NCBI GenBank assembly: GCA_900088475.1
Contig: FLMG01001810.1
Span: 1 to 41,376, forward strand
DNA: 41,376 nucleotides
Direction: 5' to 3'
Source of the DNA: Hyphochytrium catenoides
Taxonomy: Eukaryota; Protista; Hyphochytriomycota
Shown: positions 1 to 10,700 of the stretch, piece by piece
How positions within the stretch are numbered: position 1 is the stretch's first letter
How the letters are laid out: each line of letters opens with the position of its first letter
Translations under genes and position numbers: made by a program
Notes under the pieces: generated by a model
Databases searched by the model: none
Told to the model about the DNA's origin: nothing
The model's input: only the letters and a program-made list of their open reading frames with translations

Positions 1-44
1 CCTAACCCTAACCCTAACCCTAACCCTAACCCTAACCCTAACCC
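1..44 (+). repeat. Telomeric repeat array (CCCTAA)n = TTAGGG-type telomere, chromosome end
   Basis: About 7 perfect CCCTAA units begin at base 1 with the C-rich strand 5', the expected orientation at a chromosome end. Confidence 0.97.
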
Positions 45-59
45 ATCTAAGTGCTAAGA

Positions 60-1240
60 TACGCGTACAGTGTTCTTTCCATGCTCTTTCTAGCTCATGC
101 TCCCTAAAGATTGCCCCTACAAACGTACTACCCGTACTCGAAATTTCTCCCCCTTCTCCACCACTTCTCTATCCCTTCTCGCGAGCTCTAACCTCTGTAC
201 AATTTGTTTTAGTGCTCTTCGTCCCCTTGCTCCTAATTTTTATTACTTTCTCTTTTCCCTGAAATGAACTCCTTTCCCACTTATCTTTCCCAACTTCTAC
301 ATACTCCCTTTTTGCGGACAAGTGCCGTCCGCCTGACTCCTTTGCTCGTGTCCTATATGCTTCTTATTCTTTCTAAGCCATTTTACGCTTTGTCAGTTTC
401 TCCTACTTCACCGCCCCTGCTTTCTATGCCATTTTACGCTTTGTCAGTTACTCCTACTTCACCGCCCCTGCTTTACTCTGCTTATTCTCACGAACGTCAT
501 CTTCTGTACCACCCCTCCTTCTGAGATGTTCCCTCTCCCTTGCTCTTAGTCCTTATCTCTCTTTCTCCCATATGGAAACTGCTCTTCCCATTCTCTTTCC
601 GAACCCTTAAAGTCCTCATTTTGTCTTTTCCCGTTGGCTTAACTCGTTTTCCTGACCAACATACTTCCCAACTTTCCTCCGATATCTCAACTTTGTCGTT
701 CACCTAACTTCCCTGCGCCTGCTTCCCTCACATTCTCGCAAATCCGTCCTGTGCACCATCCCTTCTAATAGTGTTTGTCGCCCTTGATGTCATCTTTATC
801 TCTCTTTGCTATCTATGATTACCATCTGCACTCCAAAATTCCTCTTAACCTCTAAATGATCCTTTGGTCATTTCCCGTCGGCTTGACTTACTTGCTCCTG
901 ACGTACATGCTTAAAATTCATACTCCAGGACCCCAGCTTTTTTACCCTCACTCCGATGCCCCGCTCCTGCTTCTCTGTACCGCTCTTCTCCACCTTTATC
1001 CTCTGTACAAAATCCTCTTTTTATTCTTTTTCTCTCCTTCCTCTTCTCCTCTTCGTCTATATCTCTCTTTTTTTACCCTGTTGGCGACTGCTCATCCATT
1101 CCCTTTCCTAATTGATACATTCTTCACTACGCTTTTCCCGTCTCCTTTACTGTTTTGCTCTGTCCCATATGCCTTTAGTACCCGTACTCCAATATTTTCA
1201 CCTTGTTGTCCCTCATTTCTACTTTTGTCTCTCCTGCAGG
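60..1240. repeat. Degenerate subtelomeric tandem array, ~250-bp unit, 4-5 copies
   Basis: Related cores ccgtccgcctgactcctttgctcgtgtcctatatgctt (325), ccgttggcttaactcgttttcctgaccaacatactt (631), ccgtcggcttgacttacttgctcctgacgtacatgctt (875) and ccgtctcctttactgttttgctctgtcccatatgcct (1138). Strongly C/T-rich. Confidence 0.65.
370..474. repeat. 51-bp direct tandem duplication
   Basis: tttctaagccattttacgctttgtcagtttctcctacttcaccgcccctgc is repeated immediately at 421 with 2 substitutions. Confidence 0.95.
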
Positions 1241-1586
1241 CAAAGAAAAAGGAAGCAGTAGGGAAGATGAAGCGGGAGTAGAAGCCTGGAGCATGCTCCG
1301 TGCCTTGGTTGACTAAGAAAAAAAGGTTGACAGACCGCTTTTTCCTTAGTTCCTTCTTCTACTCTTCTTGCAACTTTTTATTCGTCTATTCAAGCGTCCT
1401 CTATCCCTCTTCACTATCTCTGTAACGCTCGTCCCGGTGACAAGCGTCAAACAAGTTGGCAGATGACTGGAGGAAGAAGACAGGACAGGTGAAGTGTCGC
1501 CGTATTGGAAAGAATATAAAACTTTGGAGCGAGAGGAAAAGGAGAAGCGGAAGAAAGAGAGGAGGGAGCTGCATCGTCATTGTTGA

Positions 1587-1608
1587 TTCTCTCTCTCTCT
1601 CTCTCTCT
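1587..1608. repeat. (CT)n microsatellite
   Basis: About 10 CT units, read directly. Confidence 0.9.
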
Positions 1609-4600
1609 TAACGTTCCTTTGATTTCTTTGTCTGCCAAAACTTGGATCTCATGATCCCCTGCACTCTCTCACAATTTCATATACGATAGACGGACAAGAG
1701 GAGAAAGACATCAAAGAGCACCTGAAGGAGAAACAATAGAGAAACAGAGAGAAGGAATAAAAGAGAACATCCTCTGTGTATCCTGAGTGGTATCGTTAGA
1801 GGAGCAAATAGGTGCCTCAGGAAGACTTAAAACAAGGAGGAGACCTGCTCTCTGACAAGGTGGCACACGAGAGCAAAGAAACACTACCCGACTCTCTCTT
1901 CATAGGGCAAAAGAGCTTCTTGTCTCTATTCTCCTGTTCTTCTTTCTCCTTCATAGCTCTGTTGCTCTTCTCATTTTCTGCCTCGGAGTTCTTCATTTCC
2001 TTCAATAGTTGTCGCTCTCTTCGGTCCTCTTCGCTCTCATTTGTCTTCCTCTATCGCGGTTTTTTTGCTATTGTTAGCTTTAGCTTACGATTAGAAATCC
2101 TTCCAACACCGGAGAACGAGAAGGTGGGGGTTCAGTGCAAAGGCAACTGAAGAAAATGCCGATGGGATATTGAGTCTTGCTTCGCCCTCCCCCTTGCCTG
2201 AAGCCCTCTAGGTAGAGCAGATCTCTTCCGCCGTCCCGATTTTAACTGCTTGCAGAATTCCTGCTAAAGCGGCCTCTGTTCCTGCTTCCCTACTACAAAT
2301 CAGAATTCAGACTAGCACATAAACTTCCTCAGTTGTGGTCCTGATATACCGCAATCACTGACTCACAGGTGAAGAAGCAGCCTGACAGCATTAGTCAATC
2401 CTTCCTCTTCACCAACTGTCTTCTCTGCTTGAGCAGGCTACAAAGTGTGACCTCGTTGTTATTGCTTTAAGCGAAGCCAGACTGATTTTGCTTCCGAGAG
2501 CTCTAATAACTCCGTCGTCGTGCTGTAAAATTCCAACCCTCGCAGCACTAACGGGAGGAGAAGAAAACACGTATGAGGAAGTAACCTTACCAAAGCTCTC
2601 GTATAATGGCTCGGACCATCATCACCCAGTAGTAGCAGAGGAAGTAGAAGACGCTAATAACAACGACATAATATGTCACCCTGAGCACCAAAATTGATGT
2701 TGTCTTCTTGCGTTTTCCTTAGTCTCAAGCCCTTGATGTTATGAACTATAGCACAGTCTTTACTATACTGAACGTCAAACCCAGCATTTGAAGCAGATAT
2801 TTTGCTTGGCTTGCCTGCAATACTCTTCCAAAAGAAGATATTATTCTATGTTGCCCGACTGACCATGAATGACTGCTGCGAGGCGGTAACAACAAGCACA
2901 CAACGCATGGCGGTGAACCATGCACATCTCTTCCTTTTTTTTTAACTCACTGCAAACCCCTCCATGCTTGCCTCTTCTGCACGTTGCTTCTCCTTGCCTA
3001 GAATCACCCCTTTCTTTTTTGTGTCCTTATCTGCTACTCATCCATCTGTACTCCTTAATAGATATTCCGTCTTTGATGGCTTCCTGTTTCCATTCCAGCC
3101 TCGCCTCCGTTTCTCCGATAACGTCTGTTACCTACTATCCGTATCATCATGCCAGATGCTCTTTCCTTGATTCTTTCCTGCCCACCATTTCTACTCTACT
3201 TTTCTGATATTATCGCCGCTACACAATGACTTCCTCGCTCTCAGCCTAAACCTAAAGCCGCTGTTTGCCCTGACTGTCAGTTGAAGCACTATTTTTTTTG
3301 TTCGATCCGTGCGTCTTTCGTACCCCTCCTTCTTGTCCCTCTATAGTGTCATTCTTCTTCTCCCTCTCTTCTATGTCGCTTTAACCCGGTTTGGTTGTTC
3401 AGTCATCACTCCTTTCTCTTTGCGATCTGTCGGCTTCTCTCCTCTCCGTGAGTTTGGCGCTTTGCTGCTCTAGTGAGATTCTCTTCTCGTGATCTCCTCC
3501 CCTTTATCCCTTGCTCCTGCTCTGACTAAGAGAGAGAGATATAATCTCGCTTGGCTCCCATTGGGTCATGTTCCCTTCTTATTCCTTCTCGCGTCCCTGC
3601 GTCTACAAGTCGCTCATCCATTTCCATGGGCTTCTTCCTGCTTCTCAGTCGCTCTCTGTTATTTCCTGCACTAAAGGTAGGAGGGCGATCCGCCCTTTCC
3701 TGCATTAAAGGTAGCAGGAGAGCGAGATGAGAAGTTACTTCACCGGAATAATAATAGAAAAGTAAGGTAGGCTGAGAAAAGGAATAGGCCACTACTAATC
3801 TCTTGATCATTACAAAGGCGAGAACAACGAGCTTGAGAGAGTTCAGTTGATGACTGTCAGAACAACCTCGAGCGAAGGGAAGAGATGAACCTTAGCCGAA
3901 GAGGTAAAGCGTTTCCCCAAACATACTTCAAATAAGAAACGTATCACAACATTGGGATGGCAGAGCTCTCTATGTACCCATGCTGCCTTGCTTCCCACGC
4001 TCCTACGTGAGACAAACTGATGGATTACTTTTATTCCTCATTGGAAAGCTGACGCTGGAAGCCAGTCGTGGGCAGCGTCAATTAACATCTATAAAGTACA
4101 GGTTATCCTCTGGCTGCATAATAACTTTCCGGCTGCCATATAGATTATTACCAATCCACTAAAAGGAAGCCTCCTCTCCCTTGCTTTTTCTATATCCTTG
4201 ACATCATGAAGTGACGCCTCAGCCACTACTACGTGTCAGATGTATTATTGAGAGCGTTGGACTAGCGCCGCGTTGCCTATCGCACCTCCCCTGTCTTCTG
4301 TGCCTCTCGTGATCCAAGGCACAGTCGCCCATCATTAGATCCATCGTGCTTCTCTCACCCTGCCTCTTAGTTTTTGTTGAGCGTTCACGACCTGCCTGGT
4401 AGTGGGCAACCACAAGCCAAAGCGACATACACTTTAAGCACATAATCACTCAGCTATAGAGCCTGACAGCGACAAATGCCACCATGAGCTAAAAGACATG
4501 CTCTGTTGCTTCCAGAGTCCGCAACTACTGAGGTCATAAATTATAAGATTACAATCATTGCGTGGAAAAGCGTCAGCCGAGAGCTTCAAAGCAGAGAATC

Positions 4601-4778
4601 TGCTTGGTCTGCAAGAAGTCTCGGAATGATGCTATCCTTCTTGAATGTTGCTTGCGCTCTTACGTATTATTATTATAAATATGCTAAACTCAAAGAAGGT
4701 CTCCCTCTGTTCTTGGTGTTGGTCTATATCTGTCTTCCATCCCTCTTTGATGTGGCTGATGAAAACGTACCACCGCGT

Positions 4779-7700
4779 CTATGATGTCGCTTGTCTTCCA
4801 GCAAACCTTGCCCAACCAGGCGCCGACTCACAAAGTGCGGCAATGAGCCCCGTCCGCTTATCTTTATCATGCAGAAGACGGGCCAGATCTGGTACCAGCC
4901 GCCCCACCAGCTCTGGGTCAAACGTCTGCATTAGGTAATCGTAGAACTGCTTTGCCGATATTTCTTCCGTACCAAATCGGCGGGTTTGCTTAAGGAAGCA
5001 GAGATGTTCAGATGGCGGTGATGACAATTAGGGGTGTAGAGAGATAGGTCATTGTCAGTGGCGTGCAGCTCAGCGAGTATGGAACTCTTAAGGGAGCATG
5101 ATCATGGACCGGTTTTGCAGGAAAGTGCAAGGAAAGCCATATGCGCAGATATTGATCGCACCTTTTTGAAGGCATCAAGTTTCTTCTTGTCACCACCAAA
5201 GGCGTCTAGAACAGTCTGAAGAATGGCACGGTGCAGCTTCGCGGCCTCTTCACCTTCAAGGGGTTGCACATCTCCTGTAGGAGGCGAGGGAGTTTAGTGC
5301 TTGGCTTCAAAAGTTCTGTTCGGGGCCTACATTTGAGCTTACCTAGGGCCTTCAGCCGTCTCGCTTCCTTAGCTCCCGCCTCACTTTTATCAATAGCAGA
5401 CAGTCAGCGACGGCGTCAGAAAGTTTTGAAGACTGCACAACTATAGGGATTAGACTCCATGAAACAAAGCGAAGACTTACAGTTTCCGTTTCTCCTCTTC
5501 TTCTCTCTTTTGCATTTCCTCTGCTTCTCTCTCTCGTTGCAGCTCTGCCTCTCTTTCCCGCGCCTCTCGCCGTCGCTGTCTCTCAACTTCAAGTCGATCT
5601 ACAAAGTCCTTGTGTGCCTGGAGCAGACTACCGCGCTTTACCTCGTCTGTCATATCTCAGGTCAGCAACCATATAGACAGAAGAGGTGAGGAGCCACCAG
5701 CACGTGAAGGGCCGCGTTGCGACGACATTCACAGCGTTTGCGACACAGGAAGAAAGAAAAATTGTAAAGCATGGTCCCGTCTCTCTTGAGCCTCGGACTC
5801 GCAGCGAACTAATTGCCTACCTGGCAGCAGCTTGGCCATGTCTGGTACCAGAGAAACAGTAAAGCTATTTCCAAGTATCTAGAAGCAACATCGTTTAGAA
5901 AACGTTAGCTGGAAAGGATAAGTATGGCGTAGTCGTCGCAGATGTGTCTATACTATACGCTGGCGAAGACGGTTTGTCAAAACTGAATGACAACACAAGC
6001 GGATGGACATATGAAGGCTGTCTCGGTATCTCCCTACCTGCGCAAGATGCCTAATCAGCTGCTCCGCCGACGTTTCTCCGGACCCGTACTTGCGAGACTG
6101 AAATCGAAATTCCTCAGCAAGATTGCCTTTACCCAGCTCATCACCCCGGCGGGTTATGCGCTCGATAAGCTGGGAAGAAGAAAGAAAGAGTCGTAAGGGC
6201 ATGGGCCATGAGAAACAGGGCTACAGCAGACGCCAGCTAGGCAGAGTTGGGCTGCGCCAATCTAGTGCGGGACACTACCTTAGAGTAGAGAGCTTTTGCC
6301 TCAGGTCCCGTAACATATCCTGCCTGCCGTGCCTTCTCCGCAGCAATACGCGCTAGGAGAACAAGATAGTTTAGAGATATTGCCAGCGCTAACTAATAAG
6401 TATGGAGTGATCAACTATCAATTCGAGCGTGAAGTACGTCCGTCTTAAAGAGACTTCCGAGATGAACTGAACGCAACCTTTCTCTTCTTCCTCTGCATCC
6501 CTCTTGGCCGCCCGTTGCTCTTCTATCGCCTTGGCAATTTGCGGAGACCTATTCATCTCGATTGCGCTCTAATCATTTTAAGGAAGCGAGAAGATCAGGT
6601 AGGTTAGACAGGGTCATAAGTGGCAGTTTAGGCTTCTTAAGCTCATGAATTGGTAAAAAAGAAGGCCAAGATGGCCTATTGCCAGCGGACTTCACTGAGG
6701 TCTACTTTCCCTCTGAATGAATCACGTTCTTTTGCCTGGTAGCAAACGAATTGGCTAGATAGGAGACAGCGGCCGCGGCAGAGAAGATGGGCCGCAAGAA
6801 GGACAGCGAGGGTTTGAAGTCCGTACCTTGAAGGCCGAGGTGAACTGATCAAAAATTCCAAAAAACTCTTCTGAGGTCAGGATTTTTGGGTCTTCACCGA
6901 AGGAACCAACAATGGCCTTGTAAGAAAATTCCAAAGTGGTAAAGTCGGTTTCCAGCTCAGAAACCACCTGTCCGAAATGTAGTGAGGCAACAAATCAGCG
7001 CCAAGTTCCATGAGGAATCTACGAAAGAGTAGGAAAGAGCAGTGCCCACGCAAGGAGAGCTCCACTTGTGAGTCTCATTACCGTTTGGCAACAAGATGGT
7101 ACATAAAATCTAACAGAAATGTATCTCACGACTTAGGAGCCAAGGCGAATCGAAAACGGCCAGGGGTTCCCACAGTGTTTACCTGAGCTGCCTCCAGAAC
7201 AAACGGCTCCATAACCTCTGTAAAGCGATCCCCTTCTTGCGGTTGCTGCTTAGCAGCAGTCAACTGTGCTTCTGTCAATCTAAGATCTGCAGAAAGGCGT
7301 TGCAGCTCCGACCGTAGCGAAGGAAGGGAGATGGCCTTGGCAGAGGAAGAGTGCGACAACTGCATATGACCATAACAGATGTGGTCAGTCCAGGCTACGT
7401 CCGAAGACATCATGGGGGGAGGCAATTACGCATGCGCTGTTAAATCATGGTCGCGTACAGTTCCCGCATCGGGCGCATCCCGAATACAGCCCAAGATTCT
7501 AACTGCCATGACTTTGTCTGCAATCTCTATTCCGAAACAGCACTGCCTTACCTCAGCTGGCAGAGAGCTTGCCTCTGGAGATTTCTCTTCGATCACTAGT
7601 GCTAGATAATTCATCTGAAGATAAGAGGCACAAGGAGTCATCTTAACCAGGGGCGTCTTTCCTTCATGAACGAGATGGGAGACTAATAAGCAGTGACGGA

Positions 7701-10700
7701 TGTTCGGCGCGTCTTGCATAGGGCACAAGGGTAACGTGCAGTAGGTGAAAGAGTAAGGGCGAGAGTTCAATCGATAACACATCCAGCTGTCAATCTCATC
7801 ATACCAGAGACGTTTTGTTATCTACTGCTTTTAAGTTGGAGAGCTTCGAAAGAGTGTCCAACTTAAACCCGTAAGCTTGGCCTCTAGGCGTTGCAGCGTT
7901 CAAATAATTGCCGATGGCCAGCACAGCCTAACATGCGTTTCAAAGGTCCGTAAGCATTCTGGCGAGGTCCTCCAGCGCTGTACGCTACGAAAAGAGAATA
8001 GCACTAGACGGACCCACTCTACCCAGGCAATTAGCGAATAACAAGGCCCAGTTAAACAAGTCAAAATATTTCAAAACCATCCCATGACCATGGCGCTTCC
8101 TCGCGGCTGAGCGCAGACTCAAAGGGTCTTCCCTACCTCTAAGACTTTTCTTAGGCATCTGCTGTTCTTGATCTCATCTGTTGCTGCTAGTAGGGTATCG
8201 ATTTGATCTTGCACCTCAATAGCCTGATGGGATAGAAGAATTGAGAAGAAAAAAGTTAGATCGAGGCCCACATTAAAGCCCGCTTCTATCTGACAGTGGA
8301 CAGCAAGGTAGGAAGGGATCAAGACATGCAGCACTACATGAAAGTGCATACGATAGCTCACTGACCCTGTTTTCAAACTGCAGTCGAAATAGAAAGCTCT
8401 TGAGCCGCGGGATGTAGCGAGGAATAGTGAGTAGCTCACGCAGATACCTGCAGCGTGCAAGATCAGTAAGGATAAGACTATACGCACTATTGGCAAGTGA
8501 GTCGAGGCGGCATTGTCTGCCAAGAGAGACTGTCGATATGGACTACACCAGAGACTTTTTTCAAATGGCATTTAGGACACTTCGCTTCATCTTGGCTTAT
8601 GAATATTCGGGAAAGAGGATGACAGACCAACCACCATCTTACTTTTCGACGCTTCCAAGAGTATTCGGGTCTCCTTCAAAATTGCTTAATTGATCCATCT
8701 CCTCAGTGGTCGGCGCCTGTTCTATCAAGCTTGACACAATTTCCGGTGCTAAGAGGAGAGCAAAGAAAATTAAGAGTTAAGCAAACCCCTGATGTTAGGC
8801 ACGAGCCTTTACAACGTGAGAGCTGCCGCTCGCAAAGGTAAGCTCTAGATCGACTGGCGATAGAGAAGTAGCCTCAGTCTAGTCAAAAATACAGTCATGT
8901 AGCAGATGGGACTTTCTCTTACTCAATTTGGACTCATCCAGCTCAAAAATCGCTCTCTTCAGTTCAGATGCGGGCATTCTGTATCGAGCTATGGCTATTC
9001 CAATATTCTGTTGCCGCTTAGGGTCAAGGAGGAGAACGCTGGAAGGCTTCTTTGTACTTCCGCTCTCCTTCGAGTCACCAGCGGACGCGAACTTGTTAGA
9101 GGCTGAGCCAAAAGCGATAGATCAGTTCATTAGGATGAAGCCCATTGTACAGGAAAAGAAGCTACTTTAGTGCACCCGCATCAATCTATATATATATATA
9201 TACTGCGGTGTAAATAAACCAACCTGGCTTCTTCCTGAAGAACCATTCCAGGTCTGAAGCATCGAACTGGAACCTTTCATCGTTCATCTCAGTCCAAATC
9301 GTGTTGTTTAGCTGCAATAGCAAGTTGTTACTACTCCTGCTGCTTCCAGCGACCTGAGGACTCATGGTCACAGATGGTACTTCGGGTTATACCCCCACCT
9401 CTGCAGGAGCAACTTTGCTCCAAAACAAGCCTTTAAGCTCTACATTAGGCTTCAATTCCTTCTTCGGAGGCAGTTTCGGCTCAGGAGCTACATACAAAGC
9501 AGGGAAAGGTCAGCTGCCAGCAGAAGTGGGAAAGAGTTTTATGCTCCAGTCGGTATTATGCACAGCGAGCAGCGAAGACGGAATAGAAGCAACTGTGGTA
9601 ATGGCCTACTGCGGGACACCAAGGTTATCGGAAACAAGGCCTCATCAGCTGCAGCACAAACGTAAGGCAGCCAGTTTCGTCTTCCAGCTAAACCTGTTGC
9701 GGACAGTATGCAAGAACACCATAGAGAGAAGACATCCAAACAGATATGAGACGGACGTTTTGGCTTAGGCGGAGGTGCCGCTGCGCGAGCGGCCAACATT
9801 GCAGCAACCGGATTGGCCGGAGGTCGTGGCTCCACGCTGCTTGCAGTTGCCTGAGGGACCGCGGTGGCAGGAGACGAACGCGACGAAACCATCGCCCCGC
9901 TAGGGGAGTCTGCCTCCGGGTTATCCAAGAGTGATGGATCTAGGCCCTCTGTTTCATAGTGGTGGACAAGAAAGGTGGGCAGTCATCAGCAAAGTGGTAA
10001 CAATCAACTAAAGATTGAGGGGGTCGCAACAGGATCATCAGCCCCCGTACGCAGAAGGTACTTTTGTAGATATGTGCATAATTGACAGACATGGTGTAAG
10101 GAAGTTGAGAGTCAATGAAGCAAAACCTGCAGTCATCTTGAGTTTAATCTGTTCTACGGGCATCCCCATCTTCTGCAGTTTAAAAAACTTCGCAAACGAA
10201 GGATCTTCCCGAACGGTCATCTTTCTGGTCCCTGCACATCAAAGTATGGAAGGATTGGCGGTCATGGTCGCCGTAGAGGTCCCCAAAAGCACAACGTCGC
10301 TACCTGCTGATACAGCTGATGCCGTAGCATTCGGAGACGGAGCGTCTGGGGTGTCAAGTAGATCTGGATTCAGGCCTTCTGCACTCATTTTGAGCTTGAT
10401 CTGAGGGGGAGGCATCCCCATTTTCTGCAGTTTAAAAAACTTCGCATATGCTGGGTCATCCTATGGATGTTGAGATGTGGGTCCACACAAAAGTTTGAAA
10501 GGTGATAAGTCACAAGCATGAAATCGGAAACGGGAACGGGATGGGATGCGACCACGATGACACGACGAGCATATGGCACGGTAGTAGCAGTGGGGACCAC
10601 GTAAGGAGATCGAGGAAAAGGAGCATGATAGGTATGGTGATTGAGCATGCCCAGCAGACCAAGTGCAACATGGTTACGCCTAAACCAAGACAACTATACT

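Noticed and set aside
370-474. CRISPR-like array
   Set aside because: Two adjacent copies without spacers, eukaryotic context, no cas genes.
264-4784. Short F/L/S/P-rich ORFs in the subtelomere; possible telomeric retrotransposon
   Set aside because: Products of pyrimidine bias; no RT, endonuclease, transposase or helicase motifs seen.
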